Shown here piece after piece: positions 41,576-55,500 of a stretch of DNA of 64,000 nt. Position 1 is the stretch's first letter, and the number at the start of each line of letters is the position of its first letter. The DNA lies in NCBI RefSeq assembly GCF_009914755.1, contig NC_060928.1. One strand, 5' to 3'. The stretch comes from the human T2T-CHM13v2.0 reference genome, Homo sapiens. Under the pieces are notes generated by a model. That model saw only the letters and a program-made list of their open reading frames with translations, made no database searches and had not been told where the DNA came from. Both the position numbers and the translations under genes were made by a program.

Positions 41576-43001
41576 CTGTCATTTTTACGTTTTCCTTTCT
41601 GCTTGTCTTTAGCCCATTCAATTATTCTGCCACACACTCCTGTGTAAACCACCCTATCTACTCACTTCCTATTTTCTTATTTTGGCAATCAAGATTGCCA
41701 AAACTATCCTTATGACAAAATGAGCCCCTGGCCATCATTTTCATCTTTTCCAGTTTATCCTCCATATCACTTGCATTTTCAAAACTCATAGAACAATATT
41801 CAGGCTTATCGGTTCAACTTTTACTTCAGTTTTCCACAGCTGATATGATTATATCTATTGGAATCTTTGGAATTCATTCTCGACCATCTATGCTTCTAAT
41901 GATTTGTACTATCCTCAAGTAAATTGATCTCAGATAGAGTTTAAAGTTTTTGTTTTATGTGATGCATGAAGAACCATGTCTTTCAGCATGTGTTGCTCTG
42001 ATATTCTATGTACAAAACAATTTTTAAAGCTTTGTCAAAGGCAACTGGGCATATTTGGAGATATTTTAAATCATATTTTGCAGTTGCATTATTTTTTAAG
42101 AGCTATGCTCTTTTGGATGGACATAGAGAAATGAAAATCTTAGGGTAGTCCAGGTGAGTACTTGCTTCTGATTCTTACAACTCTGTAATTTTACATTTTA
42201 TGTTATACTTTTGAGTGGACTGAGAGTACCAATGAGATAAAGCTTTCAACTAGATTATTTGGAAATGCCTATCTGTTTTTTTTTTCAGGGCTAAGCATTG
42301 GTTAATAATGTAAATATGAATATTAAGCCAAGAAATAGGTTTCTCAATTCAGACACACAAAAGTGTCTGAATTATTTAGTGACAGAAAATCTTGGTACAC
42401 TGTCACTTTAAAAACAAAGCTTACAAGGCTGAAGATATATCTTATTTTTTTCCTATGGATTGTCGTTTTCATATTAAGAGAATGTAAATCAGGAATGTTT
42501 ACTTCATTGAAATTATAACGTCCAAGGCCAATTTCTTCATAATAGTGTTTACTTCAGGCTATTCATAAAACAAAATCAATCATATTGAGTAACAAATTTG
42601 TTATTTTATTTTACTTTCACATTGGTTTCTGTATATTAGGACAATAATGTCAGAAAGAGAGAGATGAAGCAAAACAAAAACTTCAATACTTTTCTTTAAC
42701 GTAAAGAACTTTCTACTTTAGATATTTGGAGGTAAAATTCACTCTTTTATAATAATTATTCCTCAGAAGTCTTAAAATATTTAAGATATTTTTAAATTAT
42801 TATTAAATTAGACATATCACCTATATTTTTAAATGAGTTTATGTGTCTTTATGTATGTGTGTGTACATATGTATTTATATGTATGTGTATTATTTATATA
42901 TTTATAAAATAAAGATACTATTTAAAAATAAAGATATATCTAATTTAATGTTTCCTACTTAATTATAATTATGTATATATACAATTTTTATATATATAAT
43001 A

Positions 43002-43118
43002 TTTTAGAGATGGGGTCTCACTCTGTCCCAGGCTGGTCTTGAAATATTGGGCTCCAGGGAGCCTACTGCTTCAGCCTTCCCAAGAGCTGGGATTACACTC
43101 ACGCACCATCATACCCAG
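43002..43118 (-). mobile_element. FLAM-like Alu monomer
   Basis: 'ttttagagatggggtctcactctgtcccaggctggtcttgaa...gctgggattaca...cccag'. Confidence 0.85.
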
Positions 43119-43708
43119 TGTACTCTGTTATATTTTAAACATAGTTTTTACACTATATGGTATTCCTAACTGCATGAAATATATATCCTATTATATTTCC
43201 CTTTAGGGCATTATGTTAACCAGGATAAATTGATGAGAAGCACAATGGTAAATAAATTAATAATGACACATAAAATTTCTTTGAATTCATTGATGTGAAA
43301 AGAGATTCTAAATAATACTCTGGGTATGCTGAGTATTATGCATAAATCATTCTTTTTTGACCCTATTTAACAGAAGTTTTATTAACTGATATAATAATTT
43401 TCTTAAATCCATCAACAGGAAATGAATTTCAACGTAATGTAAACACCCACGCTCTTGGCAGAACTACACTGCCATCTATAGTTTTAGTCCCTGGGATGTT
43501 AGTGTGTGGATTTTAATCTGTATTTATTCTCTAATTGTTCTTTTGAGAAATAAGCTATTATATTTTATCTCTAGTTTCTTTTGAATGAAATTATCGAGCA
43601 CATTTTGTGCATGTTTGTCTGGATTTGCATATTATATGTCATATTTTTCATATTATCGCAAGCTAAGCATTCTCAAATTTAAAAATGTCCTGCAGCTCAT
43701 TAATAAAT

Positions 43709-43741
43709 AGGAAACTGAAATAGTACAAGGAAACTGAAACT
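43709..43741 (+). promoter_or_regulatory. Tandem ISRE/IRF-like motifs (candidate)
   Basis: AGGAAACTGAAA (43709-43720) and AGGAAACTGAAACT (43728-43741); the second fits the ISRE consensus GGAAANNGAAACT. Motif match only. Confidence 0.25.
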
Positions 43742-44566
43742 TATATTTCAGTTATATTTTGAGATAGTGATAACATTTGGGGTTAAAATACACAATAATT
43801 CAGAGATAATGTTTTTACTCATTAGTAAGACTTTTCTATATCAATAATTTAGTGACATGAATTAGCTAAGTAGAATAAATCAGTTGTGACAATATTTATT
43901 AAGCTCAAATCTCTTCTGAGTAACTCTAAAATAAGTTCCTACTTCAGATATGGGTTTTGCATAGAAGGACCACTAAGGACTTTCTTTTCTCTGGTGTACA
44001 TTGTTGTTGAGTAAAAGCACTTACTAAAATTTTAAGCCTTCTGTGAAGCTGTACTAGTTGGTTGCTGTGATTAGCACTTCCTTTCAAGTTGAGTAATGTT
44101 ATGAGACCAACTCTCTCCCTTAGTATTAAAACAACAACAGGCTTAATAATAAAGCAGTGCAATAAAGTTCAGTCAATAGTTTGCAAACATGTTTTCCCTG
44201 AAGAAGAATACCATTTTTTTGTGAGGAAAAAAAAAAAAAAAAAAAAACTTCTCTGGGACCATGGTGGAAAGACAGAGGAGTGGAGTGATCATAACCTATT
44301 AATTACTTTTATGAACTTATCTATCTTTTTTCTTGATTTACCTGTTTTCAGAGACTGCATTTGTGTATGCTGTGTATTCTATAAAATGTACAAATCAAAA
44401 TTTTCACAAACTTGTTCAGAGTTTTTTAAACCTGGACAGATTCAGGTATAAAATTTTGCATATTAACTATTAGAGCATCTAGCTCTACTTGTAAGCCATG
44501 TTGATTGAGATAACTGCAGGAGGTAACTCAAGATAGTTTCAACTTTTTGCCAGTGCCCTAGGTTCT

Positions 44567-45087
44567 TGTAATCTTCCAGGATATAAATAAGAGAGATTGC
44601 GAGACGTAGCAACGAGAAGAAAGTTTATTTAACTTGTGCACAAGGGAGCCAGCACAAAAAAAAGGGAACAATTGGGGCTGCTTCCTGAAAGCTGTGCGGG
44701 ATTCAATTTTACGGGGCTCTCCTATGGGGACGGATGATGTCAGGGCATGTATAGGAAGGCTTTTTCTAGCATTTACGCAGTGGCTCAGTTTGCTTCTACA
44801 TACATTGCGTGTATCATTAGCGTTTTAAATCTTCATCTTGTGGCATAATTTTTAGCATTAAAATGAGGAAGGCCTAATTATAATTTGAAATATGAATCTA
44901 ACTGCACATAAAAGGGTCCCTGAGGAAGTCCGCAGCCCCCTGAAAGGAGGAACTTGTGGTTAGTGGCTTCTTGAGTCTTTTGTTGGTGATTGGCTGGAAG
45001 TTAGGTCAGCCACAGCTTAAGTAGAGGCTTTTGTTCTTTTTCTCCAAACCACATTAAAAGAGAAAACAAGATAGCCTGCCTATCTCA
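44567..45087 (-). mobile_element. ERV1-class solo LTR (family not firmly identified)
   Basis: TG...CA-bounded segment of about 520 bp; minus-strand start 'tgagataggcaggc'; minus-strand AATAAA near the left end; GC and CpG above background. Confidence 0.7.
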
Positions 45088-45179
45088 AATCTATTTTTCT
45101 ATTTTCATTCAGTTCTGCAATTTTACATATGATCCTTATGCAAATGATTTATAAACTACTGAATTCAAGGCATAACAGA

Positions 45180-46300
45180 TGTTAGTAAGGGAAGGTGTTT
45201 AAAACGTGGAACTTGTAACTGAGCTTTACAAGGAGAGTGAGGAGAGGAAGGGATGATTAGAATGCACAAGGTAGATGCCTGAACTGTATTGAGATATTGT
45301 TGAAGTCACAACAGTTGTTTTCTATCTGAGTAAGAAACCAAAAAGGATAAAATATTAAGTTTGAGAGTGGGAAACCCTATATCCAAATTCAGGACATGAA
45401 TAAGTGAGTTTGTAGGGAGTTCTACTTGGGAAGATTTTTGGAGTTCAGAAAGAAAGGAAATGAAGTGGATTTGATACTGTGTAGATTGTCTTTGCTGCTA
45501 TTTGAGTCATTCTAGATAATAGTAGGTCATGCGATTGAAAAGCAAGATTAGGTCAAATTCCAAACTTTTCACTGAAGTGAGGTTTTAAAGAAATGAATAG
45601 ATAAGAAGGGTATGGAAATATAGTCATACAACCAGAATTGTATCTGTCTCAAGGGAGTAGTGTTAGTTTTAAGAAGACAGAGCAGGATTGATCTGATATT
45701 TTCATTGAGAAGAAAGAAGACACGACCACATGACCCTGATGTATGTGAGATACTGTAAAATAACCATCTTCACCTTAAGAATGCTGTAGGGAAAGAAAAT
45801 TTCAGGGAAGTGGGCCACAGTTCAGTTAAGGTATGCAATTGGAGAGGACATTGATAGAGGATTGAGTATATAAGAGTTCTGTAATTAGCACAATGTTAAG
45901 AGAGATATAAGTCCATGATTTGGGGAGAGAAAGAGAGTATAGAAAAGAAAACAGAAATCACTAAGAACATATAAATAAAAATATTAAAAATTATTTGAAA
46001 GAAAAGTAGTCAGTAATATATTACAAAGGAAAGTCAAGCATGGTGGATTTAGAGTGACTTTTCTCAAACTTATGGATATTTATACTTCACAAAATTGAAA
46101 TAAAGTCTTTAAGGGTGATCTTGTGGGATTCGATGTTTGTTTAAACTTGGTCTACTGTTTCAGGCAGTGATGATGACAGACAGATGCAAGATTGGCATTA
46201 AGAGCTGAAGTTCAAACTCACAATGTTGAGTTGGGAGAACAAGTAAATAGGAGGAGTGGTGTCTGAAATATATGAATGAATGGCAAAGTAGGGGGAATTT
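45180..46300 (-). mobile_element. Diverged L2 fragments
   Basis: Purine-rich degenerate L2-like sequence; approximate bounds. Confidence 0.4.
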
Positions 46301-46399
46301 TCTTGAGAAGCGTATATAGAGCAAAATACTTTAGCCTGATAATCTAACGTAATAGTAAATTTGGTTTTACAGCAAGACTCAACACAAATATTCTATATC

Positions 46400-46560
46400 A
46401 AAGTACACCAGTTATAATTTGCGTATAAATGAACTTAAAACCTTATTTTAAAGTTTCTAATTCAGTAGATCAGATGTAGTACTTACGATATTGCAATACT
46501 TGCAAGTCACTAGGTGATGTCAATGTTTCTGTTCCTTGGGCCACACTTCGATTAACAAGA
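46400..46560. mobile_element. MER5-family hAT MITE
   Basis: 'agtttctaattcagtagatc...caagtcactaggtgatgtcaatgtttctgttccttgggccacacttcga'. Confidence 0.65.
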
Positions 46561-47286
46561 GCCTGTATGGCTTATGAATCACAGGTGAAATTTCTGACAA
46601 ATAGCAATCAGAGATATCAAACGATAATACTTTCATTAATGTTGGGAGTTTCATTGTCATATTATTAAGGAGAAAAGTAATGTTATCATGGGAAGTCAGA
46701 GGAATTACACAGCAGGACATATCCAGCAACAGATATGGAGGAGTAGGGGAGTATGGGTAGGTGGAAATAAGACTATAGGTTGGCTAGAAGACAGGGGTAG
46801 TTTAGGTGGATCCATGAATCCTACAGGACAGGTCAGTTGAGAGCTTTAAAAATCCTATCAACTCTGCTAACATTCTGGCTAAGAGGCAAATAGAAACATG
46901 GACAACACCACTAAATATTTTATTTTATGATTGTTATTGACTACATTTGCAACATAATTTATAAATACATTATAGATAGTTTTATTTATTCTTTTTTTCT
47001 TCTCTAAAATTACTCTCTTTCACCTCCTCAAGCCATTAATCTTGGCTTGCTCTGGGATTTCAAACACACTTATTTTACCCTCCTTAGATAAAAATTTTCT
47101 TCTTGTTAAAATCTATACTTTAATTAAAACATATCTAATTTGATATCTTTCTAGAATATTTTTGTTCTTCCTTAAACTTTATATTAAATTTGGAGTCCCT
47201 TGTTTATTTTTCTTAAAATGCTTATGTTTGGTATTTAATACACTTTATATTTCTCTCAAAATAATTTGCAAATTTTTTATATAGAG

Positions 47287-47425
47287 CAGGACTTCTCAAC
47301 TCTGACTGAACATTAAAATTACCTGGAGAGATGTAAAAATGTACTTACTAATTAATTAAACTAAATTAAATGAATAATGACTTATGCCCTACCTTTATCC
47401 CAGATGGTTAATTTAATTAATAGAC
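47287..47425. mobile_element. MER5A-like fragment
   Basis: 'cttctcaactctgactgaacattaaaattacctggagag...aaaaat'. Confidence 0.55.
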
Positions 47426-48622
47426 TCAGTGCTGGCAGAGGTTAAAATCTGCACTGATGGCTTTAATGGGAACACAGAGATGAGAACCATGCAAATGAAA
47501 TATTTTCTAAGGCTTAATTCTCTGTCTCCTCTATATATTTTATGTAACCTACAGATTCATCTCTGGGCCTTAATCAGTATCATAGCAATTTTTTCACTAA
47601 AGAAATTGCCACTGTTACCGCAGCATTCAGTTTTGGTTTTCATGAATGAAAGGCAAGCTTTTTGTTGTCAATAACTTTGATAAAAATCTTTTTTTTAAGA
47701 AAAGTATGTAGTAGCTAATCACTTGGTCCAAGTAACTTGAATGCTAAATCACAGACAGCTGTGTCCATATCTGTCTCATTGTTTTTTTCATGATAAATAC
47801 AGCAAGAAACTACTATAAATAGAATTAATCTAATATGTTTATGCACACAATAGGAGCCTGCTGAAAGTTGGGCTGTTTTTGAATCTACAGCTCTGTTTAT
47901 ATGCTTTTTGTGTGTAAACATTCACAGATGGGTACACTTTCTCTATTAAGAACACCTGCAGAAGATTGCTGGAAACATTTCAGAAAAATCTTGAATTATT
48001 TTAAAATTTGTGTCATACCACCTGCTGATTGATGATTTTTGTAAAATTTTACTTAGGTAAGTGTGCATTACAATATTAAGATTTGTTCACTGCCAGCAGT
48101 GGAACTCGATCGATATGGTGAACTGTTGTTTTGGTCTTTCCTTCATTCCTTTATATGTCAATTTCTTCATGCCTTTATTTAGTCATTTATTACTGCATGT
48201 AAAGAATTCTGTAAAAAGATGAACAAAGTACAAATAATTCTGTTCAAAATATATTTATTGCTACCTTCCTGGTGAACAGAATTAGATTATGTAGAAACTT
48301 GGACAATTCCTTTTCCCTTTTCTCTTCAAATTCAATCGTCCTTTTCTCTGTGCTCATGTTGTTCCTACTTAAATTATGAAATATTTACATCCCGAATTAA
48401 TTAAAAAAGAAAGGGAGCTGCAACACACTTATTTTCATATAATATTTTCTCACTTTACCCATAATTAATTTCTCAATCTATATGCCACTCTACTCTGGCC
48501 CTATTCTCAAATTTGCTCTTGTTTCATGCAAGATTTTGAAGAAAAGTTGAATTTACCCTGCTACAGAAAAGAAGTCCCAAGAAGTTCCGAACTTCCAAAA
48601 TTGCTGTGGCTATTGCCAAGTG

Positions 48623-48702
48623 TTAGGTTGGTACAGAAGTAATTGCAGGTTTTGTCATTGATTTTAAATGGCAAAAACCGCTATTATTTTGCACCTACCT
48701 AA
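48623..48702. mobile_element. MADE1 (Hsmar1-derived MITE)
   Basis: 80-bp imperfect palindrome ttaggttggtacagaagtaattgc...cgctattattttgcacctacctaa followed by TA. Confidence 0.92.
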
Positions 48703-51700
48703 TACAAAGCTACAAGAGCATTGGCATATTAATGAGATAATCAACCATCTCCTCAAATGTATTGTTAAATAATTTTATAAGTAAAGCTATACCTGTGTTG
48801 TGCTTCAACAAAGCCATATTTGTTTAATAGATGTTTTTCATTTTCCTTCTTTCATGTTCTTTGAAATTGTTTGGCAAAACAAACAAAAAAAGAAATATGA
48901 TTCCATTGTCTGTATTTTATTGAATACATTAGATATTCTAATATCTTAATACCCTTCTTGGGCTCATATCAATTAAATAAAGATTATAATACACCCTTCT
49001 AGGGCAAATATATATTTTAGCAGGAAACACCATGAATAAATATTATTGAAAGGGAAGGCGCTGAACTTTAGACTTATTTGATGAATACAAATTGTCCTCC
49101 ACCAGGGAAAATATAAAGCATAAATGAAAGTTTTAATTTATTATTCATACAGCATAAAGCTTTGGTTATTAAATGTCAATTTATTAGAAAAAGAACTGTT
49201 GCATTTTTAGACTGCACAGTCACACACTACAACATTTGTATGTTTTAATTATAAAGGACGCCAGGAAGGTTGTGTAAACATATTTCCTTTAAACTCGAAA
49301 AACTTCCATCCACTGTAGAAATTGACATTGTTTCACTTGAAAAGTAACTCAGGCTTGCATCTTTTGCAGGATAAAAAATCAGCTTTCATTTTACTGTTTT
49401 TTTTTCTCATTCGTTTTTGTGTGGGTAACATACACATAACACAAAATTTACTATCTTAACCACTATTAAATGTACTGTTTAGTGGTTCAGTGTCCTGTTC
49501 AGTAAATATATGCATAATGTGCAACCATCATCACTATCCATCTCCATAAACTTTTTATCTTTTAAAATAAAACTCTATATCCATTAAACATCACTTGCCC
49601 ATGACCATCTCCACTTAGCCCCCAGCAACCACCATTTACTTTCTGTAGTTAGGACTTTGCTATATATTCTATATTCCACAGACATAAGTGAAATCATAGA
49701 GTATTTGTAATTATTTGACTAGTTTATTTCACTTAGCATAATTTCTTCAAGGTTCATCCATGTTGTATCATGTGTCTGAATTTCCTTCCTTTTGAAAGTC
49801 TGAAAGTTTTATTTTATGTATATGTCATAATTTACTTATCCACTTATTTGTTGATAGACTTTGGGTTGATTCCACACTTTTACTATTCTGACTAATGCTG
49901 CCATGAACACTGGTATACAAATATACCTTGGAGACTCTCTTTTTAATTCTTTTAGGGATACATCCTGAAGTACAATTGCTGGATCATATGTTATTCCTAT
50001 TTTTAATTTTTTGATAAATCAACATACAGTTTTCCACATCAGCTGTATTATTTTACATTCCCAAAAATGTGCAGAAAGATTCAAAATTCTCCACATCTTT
50101 GATAATGCTGTTGTTTATTTTTGATAGTCATATAAATAACTATAACTAACTACTGAGTGTAGTTTTGGCTTGAATTTTCCTAATGATTACTGATATTGAG
50201 CATCTTTTTAAGTGCTTATTGGGCATTTGTATATCTTTTTGGAAACATTTGTATGTACGTTGCTTGTGTTCTAAAGGAGTTTTTTTCTTTTGTTGTTTTT
50301 ATTGAGTTTAGGAGTTCTTTATGTATTCTGGATATTAATCTCTTATCAGATTTATGAATGGCAAATATTTTCTCCCATTATTTTGGTTGCATTTTTATTC
50401 TATTGCTATTGTATTTTAATGCACTTTTTTATTAATTACAATTTGTCTATTTTTCCTTTGGTTACCTGTGCCTCTGGTTATAGCTAAGAAATAAATTCTA
50501 AATTTAATGTTGTGAAACTTTTGACCTATGTTTACTTCTAAGACCTTTATAATTTTAAGTCTTACATTTAGGTCTTTGATCCATGTTGAATTAACTTTTT
50601 ACAGGGTGTTAAGTAAGGGTCTACGTCCTTTTTGCATGTGGATATCCAATTTTCCCAGTTCCATTTGTTAAAAAGACTGTCCTTTTCACATTTTGACACC
50701 TTTGTCAAAATAATAATATATGTGATGGTTTATTTATGGGTTTTCTATTCTATTTCATCAGTCTGTATGTAGGTCTTTATGCCAGTACCACACTGTTTTG
50801 ATTATTGTAATTTTATAGTGACTTTTGATATCAGAAAGTATAAGTCCTCCAGCTTTGCTCTTCTTTTTCAAGATTGCTTTGGCTATTTGTGGTCCACTGA
50901 GAGTGCATATTTATTTTAGAATTTTTTTTCTGCAGAAAATTATTGGGAATTTGGCAAAGATCATATTTAATCTGTTTTGGGTAGTATTGATGTCTTAGCA
51001 GATTTAAGTATTACAATTCATAAAGATATCTTTCCATTTATTTATTTCTTAGAGCAATGCTTTGTAGTTTTTATTGTATGAAACTTTTACCTTCTTGATT
51101 AATTTCTAGGTATTTTATTTGGGGGCTAATGTAAATGAGATTTTTTTAATGTATTTTTTTCAAATCTTTCATTGTTAGTGTGTAGAAAAGAAAGTGAAAA
51201 TTGTGTGATGACTTTCCATTTGAAACTTTGCTAAAATTAATATACTAGTTCTCACGGTTTCTTTAAGGATTTCCACATATAAGATCATACCGTCTGTGAA
51301 GAGAAATGATTTGACTTCTTCCTTCCAATTTGGATGCCTTTTATTTTTTCTTCTTGCCTAGTTGTTTGCCTAGTTCTTTTTGCTCATGTGTCCAGTACTG
51401 TACTGAATAAAGGTGACAAAAGCGGGTACCATTGCCTTGTTCCTTTATCTTAAAGAAAAAACTTTCAATCCTTAACAATTGGATACGATGTTTGCTGTGA
51501 GTTTTTATATATAGCTTTTATTATGTTGAGATAGGTTCCTTCCATTCCTAGTCTGTTAAGTGTATTGATTAGGGTAGTAAATCTTGTCAAAAGCTTTTTC
51601 TACATCTATTGCAGTAATTATAGACTTTGCTTTTCCCCCCATAATTTGTGAATTTCTTGTAGTGCACTGGTTAATTATTGTATATTCAACTGCCTTTTTA

Positions 51701-51724
51701 TTACAATAAATTCCCCTTGGTGAT

Positions 51725-52555
51725 TATATTAATCAGGGTTCTTCAGAGAGATAGGACCAATAGGATATATATATATATAAAATATATATATCTTATAGGA
51801 TATATATATCTTACATATGATATGTATTATATATACCTTGTATAACATATAACATATATTATATGTCATATGTTTTATATATAATATATAATAATAAATA
51901 TATAATATATAATAATACATATATAATATATAATACATATATAATATATATACATTCTTATATATTATAATTAATAATACATATATAATATATAATACAT
52001 ATATAATATATATACATTCTTATATATTATAATATATAAGTTTATTAGGGAGAATTGGCTCACATGATTACAAGGCAACGTCCCACGATAGGCTTTCTGC
52101 AAGCTCAGAAAAGAGAGAAGCCAGTAGCATGGCTCAATCCAGTCCCAGAGCCTCAAAAAGAGGGAAGGTGACAGTGCAGCCCTTAGAAGCCAAAGGACCA
52201 AGAGCTCCCTGGAGGCTGCTGATACAAGTTCCAGAGTTCAAATGCTGAAGAAACTGGATTTCAATGCCCAAGGGCAGAAGGAGAGGAAGCCAGTGTGTGG
52301 CATGGGAAGACAGAGAGAACCAGAAGACTTGGCAAACAAGCTTATCCCCACTTCCACCTGCTGTGTTCTAGCCATATTGGCACCTGATTGGATGGTACCC
52401 ACCCAAATTAAGGGTAGGTCTTTCTCTCCCAGTTCACTACTCAAATTTCTATCCTCTCTGGCAGCACTCTCACAAACACACTCAGAAACAATACTTTACT
52501 AGCCTTCTAGACATCCCCCAATCCACCAAGTTGACACCTAGTACTAACCATCACA
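51725..52555 (-). mobile_element. MLT2B-like solo LTR with expanded internal TA-rich tract
   Basis: 'tattaatcagggttcttcagagag'...'caagttgacacctagtactaaccatcaca'; perfect TSD GTGAT at 51720-51724 and 52556-52560. Confidence 0.93.
51765..52038. repeat. TA-rich low-complexity tract containing a perfect 62-bp tandem duplication
   Basis: 51910-51971 is identical to 51972-52033. Confidence 0.93.
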
Positions 52556-55500
52556 GTGATGATGTATGGATATTTTAGTAGGCTGCTGAGTTAGCTTTGC
52601 TGGTATTTTGTTGAAGATTTTTTCAACAAATCCCACAGGGAATGCTGGTATGTGGTTTTCATTTTTTGTAGTATCTTTGACTTTGGTATCATGAGAATCC
52701 TGGCCTCACATAGTAGGTAAGAAATGTTCTCTCTTCTTCAGTTTTTTTTTTCGATTTCTTACAATAATTGGTGTTAGTTTATTATTATCATTAGTAGTAG
52801 TAGTAATACTTGGTGGAATTTAAAAATGAATCCATCAGACACAGTAGGATTTTCCTTTTCTTTGTAAGGAGATTTTTGATCGCTGATGCAATCTCATTAC
52901 TAGTTATAGGTCTATTTAGGTTGTTTATTTCTTTGCAATGTATTCTTCGTAGGTTTTGTGTTTCCAGGAATTTGTCCACTTCATTTAGCTTATGATTTTA
53001 TTGACATATAATTTGTCATAGTGCTCTCATAATATTTGTATTTCTTTTGAAACAGTAGTAACATCTTCACTATGATAATTTTAAATAATACTTTTAATAA
53101 TTTGCATCTTCTCTGTATTTTTACTTTTTCCATCTAAGTGAAGGTTTGTCAGTCTTTTTGATTCATTCAGAGAACCAAATTTTGGTTTCATTGATTTTTT
53201 AAATTGTTTCTTCTCTTCTCTATTTTTGTTATCTCTTTTCTAAATTTTTATTCTTTTTTTTCTTCTTCTAGTTTGGGGTTTTGTTTATTCTTATTGTTCT
53301 AACTTCTTAAGTGTTTGATTTGAGACGTTGCTGATTTTTTAATGTAAATGTTTATAGATATAAATTTTCCCCTTAGGGTTGCTTTTGCTGCATTGCGTAA
53401 GTTTTGACTTTTAAAATTATTTTTTATTCGTTTCTAAGTTTTTCTGATTTCCTTATGATTACTCCTCTAATCCATTTGTTACTTGGTTGTTCAAGTGTAT
53501 TGCTTAATTTCCATAAATTTGTGAATTTTCCAGTTTTTACTTCTAACTTTATCCTATTGTGATCAGAGAAGATACTTTGTGTCCTATCTATCTTGTAAAA
53601 TATATTGAGACTAAATTTATGGTATAATGTATGGTGTGTTCTGAAAAATGCCCCATGTGTATTTCAGAAAAATGTTTATATTATTATTATTGGGTGGCAT
53701 GTTCTGTGTATATCTGTTGTGTCAAGTTTGTTTTATTGCTTTGTTTAAATCCTCTATTTTGTTACTTATCTGATTATTCTATACATTATTGTGAATGGAG
53801 TATTGAAGTATCCAACTGCTATTGTAGAATTGTCCATTCCTCTCTTTAGTTCTGTCAGTTTTTGCTTTATATATTTAATAGTCTGTGATTCAATGCATAA
53901 ATGTTATAATTGTTATATCGTCTTGCTTTATTGGATCTTTCATTAATATAAAATGAAAGATCTTTTTTATCTCCTGTAAATTTCTTTTTAAAGTCTTTTT
54001 TTTTTCTGATATTAGTATGGCCACTCCTGCCCCCTTTCGGCTACTATTAGAAAAAAAAAACCTTTTTCCATCCTTGCATTTTCAATCTACTTTTGTCTTT
54101 GCATTTAAAGTGAATCTCTTGGAGACAACATATTTTTGGTTCATAATTTTTTAATTTATTGTTCCAATTTCAGACTTCTTATTAGATAGTTTAATTCATT
54201 TATATTTATTTAAGTAATTACGGAGATGGAAGGACTTACCTTTGTCATTTGTTTGTTTTCTTTTTTTTTTCTTTTGATCATACAGGGTTCTTTTTTATTT
54301 ATTTATTTATTTTATGTTTGTTTTCTTTATGCTCTCTTTTTCTAAATTACTGTATTCTTTTGTGTTTAGTTGATTTTTTCTAGTGAAATGTTTAAACTTT
54401 TTTCTCATTTACTTTTGTATATATGTTATAGGTTTCTGTGCTTAAAATGGGAGTTAAATTTAACATACTAAATTTATCTACCAACTCAACTTCAATAACA
54501 AACATAGCTTTGCTTTTTTAATAATTTTATATTCACCCCTTTGGCTTATTGATTGTCCCGTCTTCAAGTTTGGTGATTTATTCTTCTACCAGCTCAAATC
54601 TGGCTTCCAACCTTTTTGTAGTTCTTTCATTTTAGTTACTCTATTTTCATTCCAGAATTACTTTTTTGGTTTATTTTTAAGTTTTCCATCCGTTTCTTGA
54701 TATTTCCATTTGTTCATACGTTGTTTTCCTGACTTTCTTCATAACATTCTTTAGTTTTTAAGCATTTTTAAGAGTGTTGTTTTAAAGTCTTCCTATAAGT
54801 TCTTTTACAAAATCAGTTTTTGCTGATGTATTTATTTCTTTTGGATAGACTGACCTTTTCTGTTTCTTTGTGTGTCTTATAAATTTTTGTAAAAAACTGA
54901 GCATTTAAATCTAACAACTTGGTGATAGTAACTCTGAAAGTTAGCTTGTCCGTCTTTCCCAGGGATTGCTCTTTTTTGTGTATTTGTTTTGTCTTTTTCA
55001 TTATTGTAGGCTGTCTTTATGCTGAAGAGTAGTCTGAGGTGTAAACTTCAGGTCTTCTCATATCTTCCCTGAGCCTGCACTAGTCCTTGGGCATGTGAGA
55101 TCTTTCTTATTTTCTTCACATATGTAGTTACTTTTGAATGTTCTCATATTTATTGTCTGGCTCCCAAAAGGTACAGAGATAAACATTAATGGAGGATAGG
55201 GAAAAACACTAGCTCTTTAAATCCTCTGGAAGTTACTTCAGGCAGAGGTGCAGAGGCTTACAAAAAAGGGGTAGGGTACAACAAAAATAGCCACCGAACT
55301 TTTTGTCTACCCTTCTGAGATTGGAAAGAGCAATTTGGAATCTGCACACCTGTCTCTAATATTTTGAGAACAGCATGCTTTTGATATATCCTGGCTTCTG
55401 TAAGCTACATATGAGCTTCTCATGGAACACAGGTATGGCTGCCTGTCATGGTGCTGAAGATGAGGGATGGTTAGCTGCTCCTGTACTAAAACCTAAACTT

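Noticed and set aside
48623-48702. 80-bp hairpin as a miRNA gene
   Set aside because: Explained by a MADE1 MITE; although miR-548 genes derive from MADE1, there is no expression evidence here.
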